Positions 27,425-35,929 are shown, counted from the stretch's first letter. The stretch: DNA of 64,000 bases from Candidatus Saccharimonadota bacterium (GCA_037129535.1 JBAXUT010000003.1:7037-71036), one strand, 5' to 3'. Numbers and translations: made by a program. The notes: generated by a model not told the origin, from the sequence alone.

Positions 27425-27934
27425 ATGTCAAAGAAGAATATCAAAGCATTAACCTGGATTGATAAACATAGACTACTGTTCGTATTCGGCGTAATTATAT
27501 TATTTGTGTTAATTGTCGGCGCATTCAGCGGTAACAAACCAGGCGCAAACACTGTTACGTCAGTCGATAAATCTATAGATACATCAACCATTGCCAAGCC
27601 TACCGAAAAATCTACACCTGCACCCGCAGAACCAGCGCCAGAACCCGAAGTTGTTACTGCGCCCATAACTGAACCTGAACCAGCACCAGTACCAGTAAAA
27701 ACCAGTCCACCAACATCGCCTAATAGCTATCAATCTATCTATGACAGATATTCCGCAAGACTTCGAAGTGAGTGCCCTAACCTTTCTATGATGGAATGTG
27801 CCACAGTATCTAGTGAAGGGATTACTAAAATGGCTGAATATATGCTCTCAGCAAGTGGTACGGATGGACAACAGGCGACTTACTCTGATTGGGCAAGCAA
27901 ACTACAGGCCGTGTATATGGCAGAAGCAAGATAG
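27425..27934 (+). CDS. membrane-anchored protein with Pro/Glu/Ala-rich linker
   Basis: One TM helix, PAPAEPAPEPE low-complexity linker, Cys-containing C-terminal domain. Confidence 0.5.
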   Translation: MSKKNIKALTWIDKHRLLFVFGVIILFVLIVGAFSGNKPGANTVTSVDKSIDTSTIAKPTEKSTPAPAEPAPEPEVVTAPITEPEPAPVPVKTSPPTSPNSYQSIYDRYSARLRSECPNLSMMECATVSSEGITKMAEYMLSASGTDGQQATYSDWASKLQAVYMAEAR

Positions 27935-28226
27935 ATTATCTGAAATTTAGCGATATTAATTAGCGACTTTCTTGTCAAATATAAACTTGTGCGAAATAAC
28001 CGTCCCTAGGGGTTATATATTAGACAGTTTGGTTATTGTGATATAATAACCCTGTCTAGAGTTTTCAACGACGCATGGCTGTTAACATATCTAACTTTAG
28101 GAATGGGCGACTGTTACTAAGGGCTAGGTTAATGCCTGCCTTGAGAGGACTAGAGAACCTGTAATGGTTGCCCTTTTTTATTGGGCTACTAAAAATAACA
28201 AACTAATAATCTTAAAGGAGGTTGTT

Positions 28227-28874
28227 ATGGATAAGGGAAAAACAGAACGTAAATCGGGGCTTGCGATAGCGGGTTTTATTATATCTATCTTGGCTATAAT
28301 TGGTTCGGCTATACCGATTTTTAATAATGTGTCATTCTTCTTTGCTATTGTTGCACTGATCTTTGGCGTCATTGGTCTTATGGCAATTAAAAAAGGTAAA
28401 AGGGCTGGTCAAGGTTTGGCTATTGCAACTATTATCATCTCGGTTGTTACCGGTATCGTCGTTCTTGCGACGCAGTCATTTTATGGTAAAGTTGCCAAAG
28501 AAGTAGGCAGCTCGGTAAAAGAATCTGTGAATAATTTTGACGGCACTAATACAGAGAAATTACTACAAACCAGTGTCGATGTCACTATTGGCGCGTTTAC
28601 ATTTAATCCTGGATCGCAAGCAGACTATACTTATGATGACACTAATGAATTGCCAGTAACTATCAAAAATAAGGCATCAGACAAAGCTAGCTATTCTGTG
28701 AAGATTGAGGCGGTAGATGTTAGTGGTGCTCGCATAGCCGAGGATACTGTATATATTACAGATCTTAATCCTGGGCAAAGTGCATCTGAAAAAGCTTTCA
28801 AATATGTTGATTCAAGCAAGTTAGAAGCAGTAAAGATCGCTACGTTCAAGGTTCTTGCAGTTAGTAAATACTAA
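28227..28874 (+). CDS. membrane protein (DUF4190-like N-terminal TM pair plus extracellular beta-rich domain)
   Basis: GLAIAGFIISILAIIG motif and an AAGGAGG Shine-Dalgarno 6 nt upstream of ATG 28227; the track start 28164 was rejected. Confidence 0.55.
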   Translation: MDKGKTERKSGLAIAGFIISILAIIGSAIPIFNNVSFFFAIVALIFGVIGLMAIKKGKRAGQGLAIATIIISVVTGIVVLATQSFYGKVAKEVGSSVKESVNNFDGTNTEKLLQTSVDVTIGAFTFNPGSQADYTYDDTNELPVTIKNKASDKASYSVKIEAVDVSGARIAEDTVYITDLNPGQSASEKAFKYVDSSKLEAVKIATFKVLAVSKY

Positions 28875-28888
28875 TCCAAGTTATTCAT

Positions 28889-28920
28889 AAAAAATACCAT
28901 TCAGCCGAATGGTATTTTTT
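28889..28920. terminator. bidirectional-type terminator hairpin
   Basis: AAAAAATACCATTC-AGCC-GAATGGTATTTTTT. Confidence 0.6.
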
Positions 28921-28923
28921 ATT

Positions 28924-29134
28924 TGGTCGGGGTGGAAGGATAGCGGCTCCGTCTTCTCCGCTTATTCGCAAAAGAAAATATGGTGGGATGAAAGGACATC
29001 GGCTAAAGCCTCCTCCATTCGTTCGCGGAAATATGTAAACACATTTCCGCTTCGCTCATTTCGCCAAACTTCGACCTACAAATTTTGCCCTGGCAAAATT
29101 TGGGTCGAAGGTTTGAGGCATTTCGCCCCAAGGT
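28924..29134 (-). repeat. tRNA-linked structured element, copy E2
   Basis: The H1 arm is complementary to 15 nt of the tRNA-Pro T arm. The core hairpin is at 29025-29050 and GGAGGAGG (reverse strand) at 29009-29016. The element ends in a 29-nt near-duplicate (28911-28939) of the tRNA-Pro 3' end plus trailer (29162-29190). Confidence 0.65.
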
Positions 29135-29136
29135 CC

Positions 29137-29174
29137 AAATAAAAAAGACTATCCTACGGATGGTCTTTTTTATT
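29137..29174 (-). terminator. terminator hairpin after tRNA-Pro
   Basis: A-tract/hairpin/T-tract: AAATAAAAAAGACCATCC-GTAG-GATAGTCTTTTTTATTT in tRNA orientation. Confidence 0.6.
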
Positions 29175-29250
29175 TGGTCGGGGTGAAAGGACTCAAACCT
29201 TCGACCTCACGGTCCCAAACCGCGCGCGCTATCAACTGCGCCACACCCCG
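29175..29250 (-). tRNA. tRNA-Pro (anticodon UGG), CCA encoded, non-canonical A19/U56
   Basis: Acceptor CGGGGTG/CACCCCG, anticodon arm CGCGG-TTTGGGA-CCGTG, T arm GAAGG-TTTGAGT-CCTTT, D loop AGTTGATA. Confidence 0.9.
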
Positions 29251-29318
29251 ATACAATGTGGTTACTTGGTAGATTATACCGCATAACAGGCGTGATTTCT
29301 AGCCCCTGGGGGAATAAA

Positions 29319-30041
29319 TTAACGAGGTCGTTTTAGGGCGGCTTTTCTGGCCAATATAGCGATACTATCGTCAATTGGTTTTTTGATGAATGTGCCATAT
29401 TTTTTAATCACAGCTTGTTCTATCAGGAAATCTGCAATAGCGGGGTTTTTGGGTAATAGTGAACCGTGCAGGTAGCTACCAATGACGTTTTTGTAACGCG
29501 CACCTTCATAACATCCGTCTGTATTATTGCCATAGCCTATTTTGACTTTGCCTAGTGCAGTGGTGCCTTTTGCCAATAATGTTTGCCCACTGTGGTTTTC
29601 GTAGCCTATTATGTGACCAAACTGTTTACTACTGGTTACGATGTTACCTATTAGTCGCTTGGATTTGCCATATGTCTCGATGTCCAATAGCCCAATTCCC
29701 ATCATTTTGTTGCCATCGGCAGTCTGGAAGAATTTACCAAATAACTGGTATAGCCCACATATTACCAACATTGGCGTGTTGTCGTCGGCTAATTCTTGCA
29801 GTGTTGGCCCGATTGACAATAAATCTAGATGTATTTTATTTTGCCCGCTGTCTTGTCCACCACCACCAATGACGATGTCTATATCTTCTGGCCATTTGTC
29901 GCCTTGGTTGTAATCTATGATTTTTGGCTCATAACCATACCATTTTAGGCGTTTTTGCAAAACCAATACGTTGCCGTGGTCACCATAAATATTCATATCT
30001 TTGGGATACAAGTGAAGTATCGTGATTATCTGTTTTTTCAT
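29319..30041 (-). CDS. gatD: lipid II isoglutaminyl synthase glutaminase subunit GatD (CobQ-type amidotransferase)
   Basis: LYPKDMNIYGDHGN, VICGLYQL (nucleophile Cys), GSYLHG; overlaps the murT stop. Confidence 0.8.
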   Translation of the reverse strand: MKKQIITILHLYPKDMNIYGDHGNVLVLQKRLKWYGYEPKIIDYNQGDKWPEDIDIVIGGGGQDSGQNKIHLDLLSIGPTLQELADDNTPMLVICGLYQLFGKFFQTADGNKMMGIGLLDIETYGKSKRLIGNIVTSSKQFGHIIGYENHSGQTLLAKGTTALGKVKIGYGNNTDGCYEGARYKNVIGSYLHGSLLPKNPAIADFLIEQAVIKKYGTFIKKPIDDSIAILARKAALKRPR

Positions 30042-31309
30042 TGGATGACCTCAACTTTGGTTATTTTTGATAGCATTTTGCGCAGGGCTATCATTGCAGT
30101 ATAGGTGCAATATATTCTTTTGGGCTTGGTTGGGTTGTCGATGATGAATTTTGTAAGTGCTTTTTTCAGGTTAGTATTGATATTTTTGAATTTTACTTCG
30201 TCGTATTGTAATCTCAGTGCCATATCATAAGCCCGAACACCAGATATTTGCGCAATATCTTTGCCTGCCAGGCTGTTGAAGTCTACATCCCATAACCACG
30301 ACATATCGCGACCATCGGCATATTTGTCGTTTATTGCTATCATTGTGGCGTAGCCTGATGGGGCAAATGATTTTAGCCCCAGTCTAAACCCTGATGGATT
30401 TTTGACCAAAACTAACTCGATTGGGTTACCGTTCATCAGCAATATTTCGCCGCGTCCAAAAGCTGGGTGGACGCTGGCCAGAGTCTGTATCATTTTGGCT
30501 TGGTCCAGGTTTTTGCCTAGTATTGCCATAGTTAAGGTCATCGCAGCAGCGGCATTAAATATGTTATAAGCGCCATTTATTTTTAATTCAGTTTTTATTT
30601 TTTGTCCGTCAATCATAAAACTAGCTGACCGGTCATTGAATTTTAACAATTCTACATCGGCGATTTTTGACGAATTACCAGATTTTTTGGCGCCGTGCAA
30701 ATCGTCATCGCTAGGAAAAATGTGCGATAGGCTTTTGTCAAAGCCAAAGAGGTGAACTTTTTTGCCATTAATTGTGTCGGCAATGGACGCAATACGCGGG
30801 TCTTCGCGGTTTAATACGATAGCATTGGTGGATGTGGTGGCTATTTGGCGCAAAAGGTTAGTAGTATGGTCAATCTCGCCGAATCGGTCTAATTGGTCGC
30901 GCATAACATTCAATATCAAACTGAATTTTGGCGGTATTTTGTTCACAAAATGGACGGCGTGGGCTTCGTCTAGTTCTAGCACGGCGATATCGGCATCTAG
31001 GTGTCCGCGCATATTGATTTCACCCAACAGGGCAGCTACTATACCGCGGGTAAAGTTGCTGCCGGTGCGATTAGTAAAAACTTTCAAGCCTTGACCTTGC
31101 AACAACTCTACGACCATCTTGGTAGTTGTTGTTTTGCCATTTGTGCCGCTAATAACAACAACCCCTAGCGGCAGTGTCGATAACGTATGTTTGACAAAAT
31201 CAGGGTCGATTTTTTCAACTATCAGGCCGGGCAGGGCTGACCCGCCGCCGCGTAGTTTGGCGATTGATTTTATGGTCTTGCCCAGTATGGTGACTAATTG
31301 CTTTGGCAT
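30038..31309 (-). CDS. murT: lipid II isoglutaminyl synthase ligase subunit MurT (Mur ligase family)
   Basis: ISGTNGKTTT P-loop, Mur ligase middle domain, C-terminal DUF1727-like region. Confidence 0.85.
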   Translation of the reverse strand: MPKQLVTILGKTIKSIAKLRGGGSALPGLIVEKIDPDFVKHTLSTLPLGVVVISGTNGKTTTTKMVVELLQGQGLKVFTNRTGSNFTRGIVAALLGEINMRGHLDADIAVLELDEAHAVHFVNKIPPKFSLILNVMRDQLDRFGEIDHTTNLLRQIATTSTNAIVLNREDPRIASIADTINGKKVHLFGFDKSLSHIFPSDDDLHGAKKSGNSSKIADVELLKFNDRSASFMIDGQKIKTELKINGAYNIFNAAAAMTLTMAILGKNLDQAKMIQTLASVHPAFGRGEILLMNGNPIELVLVKNPSGFRLGLKSFAPSGYATMIAINDKYADGRDMSWLWDVDFNSLAGKDIAQISGVRAYDMALRLQYDEVKFKNINTNLKKALTKFIIDNPTKPKRIYCTYTAMIALRKMLSKITKVEVIQ

Positions 31310-31316
31310 ATGGTCT

Positions 31317-31339
31317 ATTATAACTTAAGCAGGTATAAT
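31317..31339. promoter_or_regulatory. back-to-back divergent -10 boxes
   Basis: Reverse-strand TATAAT at 31317-31322 sits 7 nt before murT ATG 31309. Forward TATAAT at 31334-31339 sits 6 nt before ATG 31346. Confidence 0.45.
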
Positions 31340-31345
31340 AATAGT

Positions 31346-31732
31346 ATGTTTTTGGTGGGTATATTATCTTGGTGGTATGGGAAGGGTTGGCGCGCGCGCG
31401 TTCATATGGCTATGAATCGCTTGCGGACTACGGCCGATATCTTTTCGGTCGGTTTATTGTTACGAACCTTATTCAACCCATTTCGCCAAATATCGGCTGA
31501 TGCTTCGGGCAAATCTATTTCCGAAAAGCTCCGAGCTGCCTTTGATAAATTATTATCACGCATAATTGGTGCGACTGTTCGATCCTTTATGATTATTTTT
31601 GGGTTAGTGGTTATAATATTACAATTTTTGTTTGGTATGATTATGTTGATTTTTTGGTTGTTTATGCCCTTGTTACCAGCCGCTGGCGTGGTTTTGATGA
31701 TATTAGGATGGGTACCTCAGTGGGCGATTTAA
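31346..31732 (+). CDS. small membrane protein translationally coupled to the Clp-like ATPase
   Basis: Two or three hydrophobic helices; its stop overlaps the start region of the next gene. Confidence 0.5.
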   Translation: MFLVGILSWWYGKGWRARVHMAMNRLRTTADIFSVGLLLRTLFNPFRQISADASGKSISEKLRAAFDKLLSRIIGATVRSFMIIFGLVVIILQFLFGMIMLIFWLFMPLLPAAGVVLMILGWVPQWAI

Positions 31733-34131
31733 AATTTAACTACAACAGCATACGTAGCGCCAAGGCGCGCATTAGTGCTGTGTTTTCGAATGTCTGGCAT
31801 ATAGCTTTGGGTTCTTTGGCAATTATATTAATAGCCGCTGGGACTGGGTTTTTAGTTTTGGGAAATTCTATTGGCTGGGCTTTGTTGGGGTTGGCTTTTG
31901 CGCCAGCTATGGTTATCGAATGGTATAACGGTGAATTACGCCATTTGGCAGTTAGTAAAAATATTAAATCGATTGATGATGTTTTGTCTGCTGAAGTTTT
32001 GGGTCGTTTATCTCGTAGCCCTACGCCGATAGAAATTGTAAATGTTGTCTATGGTTTAGGAGGTGGTCAATTCTTTTTTGCACGTTTTGGCTTACGACAG
32101 GATTTTGTGGAGGGTATGGTCAGTGATAGTGTGGGCGATATGCCATCGGTTTGGGCTGAAGCTATGCGTCTGCGAGATTTAACTGGCAGTAAAAATATAT
32201 CAGCAGTTGTTTTATTGGCTGCATTATTAAATTGTAATCCTAATTCGGCTGTTTTGATTTCACATTTGCAGCTAGATCTAGATGATTTGGTTGATGGTAT
32301 CCTGTGGCTTAACCACCTTCGTGCATTGATCGAAGATAACCGCAAGCCTAAATTAACTGGTGGTGTAGCACGTGATTGGTCATTCGGCTGGACTCCACTA
32401 CTCAGTCGATTTGGTCAGAATGTTAGTCAAACAATTGAAGGCGCAGCTATGATGAATCTGCCATCTCATGATCAGGCAATTGAGCAGATGATTAACATTC
32501 TCAGCAAAAATGGTAAACAGAACGTAGTTTTGGTTGGTGAATCAGGCGTTGGTAAAACCAGAATTGTTCATTCATTTGCCTCTAGGTTGGTCGATGGCAA
32601 ATCCAAACTTCCTTCCAACCTTAAATATCGTCAAGTTTTTATATTAGATGCTGTAGCATTAATTGCGGCAGCACCTGAACGTGGGGGATTGGAAAAATTG
32701 ATACCACAGATTATGGATGAAGCGTACAAGGCAAAAAATATAATAATCTGCCTAGATAACGCGCACCTGTTCTTTGAAGAAGCAGTCGGTTCGGTTGATA
32801 TATCAAATGTGCTATTGCCATTATTAGAATCAAGTAGTTTGCGGTTGATATTAGCGGTTGATGAACAGCGCTTTTTGCAGATTAGTTCACGCAAACCAGA
32901 GATTGCTAATACCTTGAATCAGATTATTGTTACGCCAGCTAGTCGCAAAGAAACTATAGCCATCATGCAAGACAGGGCAGTTCTAATTGAGTATCAAAAC
33001 AGTGTTACATATATGTATCAGGCATTGGTTGAATCTTATCGATTAGGCGATAGGTATGTTTTTGATCTAGCTATGCCCGGTAAGGGTTTGAAATTGATGG
33101 AGGCTGCCGCTCAATATTCTATGGATGGTGTCGTGACCGCACAGTCTGTCCAAAACTCTATAGAAAAAACATTAGGGATTAAAGTTAGTGTTGCAACGGG
33201 TGACGATGAGCGTAAAAAGTTATTAAATATGGAAGTTTTGATTCATAAACGTATGATTAATCAAACTAGGGCGGTTAGTGTGGTCAGTGACGCGCTTAGG
33301 AGGGCCAGGGCAGGGGTGCGCAGCCAAAACCGACCAATAGGCACATTTTTATTCTTAGGTCCTACAGGTGTCGGTAAGACGGAGTTAGCTAAGTCACTGG
33401 CGGAAGTTTATTTTGGCGGTGAGGACAGAATGATACGCCTGGATATGAACGAATATGTTGGTAGTGATGATGTCGGTCGCTTGTTGGCCGATGGTGCAGA
33501 CAATACCTACAGCTTGACCGCTCGCGTGATGAAACAACCGTTTAGTGTTGTGCTGCTGGACGAAATTGAAAAGGCTCATCCGAATGTTTTGTCGACGTTG
33601 TTGCAACTATTGGATGAAGGTATATTGCGAGATGTAAAAAACCGTGAAGTTAGTTTTCGTGATGCTATTGTGATTGCCACCAGCAACGCTGGGGCAGACA
33701 GGATTCGTGAACATATTGACCGTGGTATCGATATCGTAAAATATGAAAAACACTTTGTGGACGAATTAATCAGCAGTAATCAATTCCGACCGGAATTTTT
33801 GAACCGCTTTGATGAAATCGTAATGTTCAGGCCGCTGGACAAACCAGAATTATTACAGGTTGTTGATCTGATGATTGCGGGCGTCAATAAAACTTTGGCG
33901 CTGCAAAAAGTTAGCGTTAACGTCGCGTTAGATGCCAAAGAATATCTGGTAGAGCACGGCTATGATCCACGTTTGGGCGCCCGTCCAATGCGTCGAGTTG
34001 TTCAAAAGGCAGTTGAAAATACAGTTGCCAAAAAGATGCTAGAGGGCAACGTCGAACCAGGCAGTGTAGTTGAGATTAGTTTGGAACAAGTGCAACAAGC
34101 ACTAGGGTCTTTACCCAAAACAGCAAATTAA
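31708..34131 (+). CDS. membrane-anchored Clp/Hsp100-family AAA+ ATPase with two nucleotide-binding domains
   Basis: There are two N-terminal TM helices. NBD1 has Walker A GESGVGKT but Walker B IICLDNAH (Asn in place of the catalytic Glu). NBD2 has GPTGVGKT and VVLLDEIEKAHP plus a GARPMRR sensor region. No ClpB-type middle domain or IGF/IGL loop was seen. The start is uncertain (ATG 31708 or GTG 31720). Confidence 0.7.
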   Translation: MGTSVGDLKFNYNSIRSAKARISAVFSNVWHIALGSLAIILIAAGTGFLVLGNSIGWALLGLAFAPAMVIEWYNGELRHLAVSKNIKSIDDVLSAEVLGRLSRSPTPIEIVNVVYGLGGGQFFFARFGLRQDFVEGMVSDSVGDMPSVWAEAMRLRDLTGSKNISAVVLLAALLNCNPNSAVLISHLQLDLDDLVDGILWLNHLRALIEDNRKPKLTGGVARDWSFGWTPLLSRFGQNVSQTIEGAAMMNLPSHDQAIEQMINILSKNGKQNVVLVGESGVGKTRIVHSFASRLVDGKSKLPSNLKYRQVFILDAVALIAAAPERGGLEKLIPQIMDEAYKAKNIIICLDNAHLFFEEAVGSVDISNVLLPLLESSSLRLILAVDEQRFLQISSRKPEIANTLNQIIVTPASRKETIAIMQDRAVLIEYQNSVTYMYQALVESYRLGDRYVFDLAMPGKGLKLMEAAAQYSMDGVVTAQSVQNSIEKTLGIKVSVATGDDERKKLLNMEVLIHKRMINQTRAVSVVSDALRRARAGVRSQNRPIGTFLFLGPTGVGKTELAKSLAEVYFGGEDRMIRLDMNEYVGSDDVGRLLADGADNTYSLTARVMKQPFSVVLLDEIEKAHPNVLSTLLQLLDEGILRDVKNREVSFRDAIVIATSNAGADRIREHIDRGIDIVKYEKHFVDELISSNQFRPEFLNRFDEIVMFRPLDKPELLQVVDLMIAGVNKTLALQKVSVNVALDAKEYLVEHGYDPRLGARPMRRVVQKAVENTVAKKMLEGNVEPGSVVEISLEQVQQALGSLPKTAN

Positions 34132-34424
34132 AACCATTTGCCACCGTATATTATGGCACCTATAATAACTAAGGTGTTAGTTATAAAGAATAATGCTTGG
34201 TATATAAACACAACTTTTTCTTTATTGACCCAAGCATACCAAACCCAAATGATAGTCATAAGGTCATAACCTATCCAGCTTAGTAAGGATATATCTGAAG
34301 CGTCTTGATTGTGAAATATTATATATGCCTGAGGCAGGGTTATCAGCGGTTCTATAACAGCGACTACAACAATGAATTTGTTTATAAAAAAGCTTTTTTG
34401 GTGACGATGCTTGTGCTTTGCCAT
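34128..34424 (-). CDS. SemiSWEET-like PQ-loop membrane protein (3 TM, 98 aa)
   Basis: TLPQAYIIF PQ motif, three helices, size. Confidence 0.55.
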   Translation of the reverse strand: MAKHKHRHQKSFFINKFIVVVAVIEPLITLPQAYIIFHNQDASDISLLSWIGYDLMTIIWVWYAWVNKEKVVFIYQALFFITNTLVIIGAIIYGGKWF

Positions 34425-34472
34425 GTAAATATAATAACAGAAAATAGTTGGTCGTATTCAATACGAAGGGTC

Positions 34473-34512
34473 AAAATAAAAATAACCAACTTTTAGCTGG
34501 TTATTTTTATTT
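34473..34512 (-). terminator. terminator hairpin after tRNA-Arg copy A
   Basis: AAAATAAAAATAACCAGC-TAAAAG-TTGGTTATTTTTATTTT in tRNA orientation. Confidence 0.55.
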
Positions 34513-34588
34513 TGGTACCCCGGGTTGGAATCGGACCAACGACCTTAGGCTTAGAAGTCCTCTGCTCTATCCACTGAGCTACCGGGGC
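34513..34588 (-). tRNA. tRNA-Arg (anticodon UCU), copy A, CCA encoded, non-canonical
   Basis: Acceptor GCCCCGG/CCGGGGT and anticodon loop CTTCTAA. The anticodon stem GAGGA/GCCTA has only three Watson-Crick pairs. The T loop is TCCGATT (C at position 55). The sequence is 100% identical to 37313-37388. Confidence 0.8.
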
Positions 34589-34669
34589 GTATGGTTGAAA
34601 TTGGCCTAGCCCAAGTCCAACAAGTGCTAGGAGCTATTCCTGAAAAGATAGAACCAGTTTAGTCAATAA

Positions 34670-35929
34670 TTAATTTAGTAAACTTTGAATGCTTTTTTCG
34701 ACTATGTCGATGCCACTATTTAAAGTGTCGTCGTCGATTGTTATAGATGGCAAGAATTTCAATACTTCGCCATAGGCGCCAGACGTCTCGATAATTAAAC
34801 CTAGTTCGAATGCTTTTTGAGCTATTGCCTCTGCAAGATCGGGTTGTTTTGCGCTAGCCAACCCATACATTAAACCTCGGCCACGTACTGTGATCTCTGT
34901 ATCTGGGTATTTTTGAGCTATCGCTAATAATCTATCTCGCAGTATAACTTCTTTACGTTTAACTTCTTGCGATAAGCCATCGTCAGTCCAATATTGTTTG
35001 ATAGCGGCAGTCGCCCCGACAAAGGCCAGATTGTTGCCTCGGAATGTTCCGTTATGCGCACCCGGTTTCCATATGTCATATTCTGGTTTTAGCAAAACTA
35101 ATGCCATCGGCAACCCATAGCCAGAAATAGATTTAGATAATGTTACAATATCTGGGTTTATTCCTGATTTCTCGAAACTAAAGAAGTCACCACTTCGTCC
35201 GCAGCCAGATTGGATATCATCAACTATTAACAAGATATCTCGGTCTTTGCAGAGTTTTTCTAGCCCCTGTAGCCATTCGTCGCTGGCTATATTAATGCCG
35301 CCTTCGCCTTGGATAGTCTCAACCAATATCGCCGCTGGTTTGTCTAGCCCGCTGCTAGGGTCATCTATCATTTTTTCAATGACATGAACAGTATCTACGT
35401 TATCGCCTAAATAGCCATCATAGGGCATAAAGGTTACATTTGACAATGGGTAGCCAGCGGCTTTCCTAAATTTTTGATTTGCTGTAGCTGTTAATGCGCC
35501 AGCGCTGACACCATGAAATGCATGCGTAAAAGCTAGGATATTTGTCTGGCCTGTTACTTGTCTGGCTAATTTCATAGCGGCCTCTACGGCGTTCGTTCCA
35601 GTAGGGCCAGTAAACTGTAATTTATAATCTAGATTTCTAGGTTTTAGGATTGATTCGACGAATGCTGTTATAAACTCTTTTTTTGCAACCGTAGCCATGT
35701 CCAGGCTGTGTATAATAGCGTCGGATTGCAGATATTCTATAATGGTAGGCTTAAAAAATTGATTATTATGACCATAGTTTAATGTTCCGGCTCCAGCAAA
35801 AAAATCTATGTAATCTTTACCATTCGTATCTGTCATGATTGAACCGATTGCTTTGTTAAACACTACAGGAAAAGACCTAATATAGCCCCTGACTGCAGAT
35901 TCGTTGTCGTTAAAAATTTTTAAATCCAT
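34670..35929 (-). CDS. class III aminotransferase, diaminobutyrate--2-oxoglutarate transaminase-like (EctB/Dat type)
   Basis: N-terminus ESAVRGYIRSFPVVFNKAIGSIMTDTNGKDYIDFFAGAGTLNYGHNN, DDIQSGCGRSG, and the PLP-Lys region TLSKSISGYG. Confidence 0.8.
   Translation of the reverse strand: MDLKIFNDNESAVRGYIRSFPVVFNKAIGSIMTDTNGKDYIDFFAGAGTLNYGHNNQFFKPTIIEYLQSDAIIHSLDMATVAKKEFITAFVESILKPRNLDYKLQFTGPTGTNAVEAAMKLARQVTGQTNILAFTHAFHGVSAGALTATANQKFRKAAGYPLSNVTFMPYDGYLGDNVDTVHVIEKMIDDPSSGLDKPAAILVETIQGEGGINIASDEWLQGLEKLCKDRDILLIVDDIQSGCGRSGDFFSFEKSGINPDIVTLSKSISGYGLPMALVLLKPEYDIWKPGAHNGTFRGNNLAFVGATAAIKQYWTDDGLSQEVKRKEVILRDRLLAIAQKYPDTEITVRGRGLMYGLASAKQPDLAEAIAQKAFELGLIIETSGAYGEVLKFLPSITIDDDTLNSGIDIVEKSIQSLLN

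Noticed and set aside
28909-29142. 77-aa plus-strand ORF inside element E2
   Set aside because: It is antisense to the conserved element, has no promoter or SD context, and no equivalent ORF exists in E1, E3 or E4.
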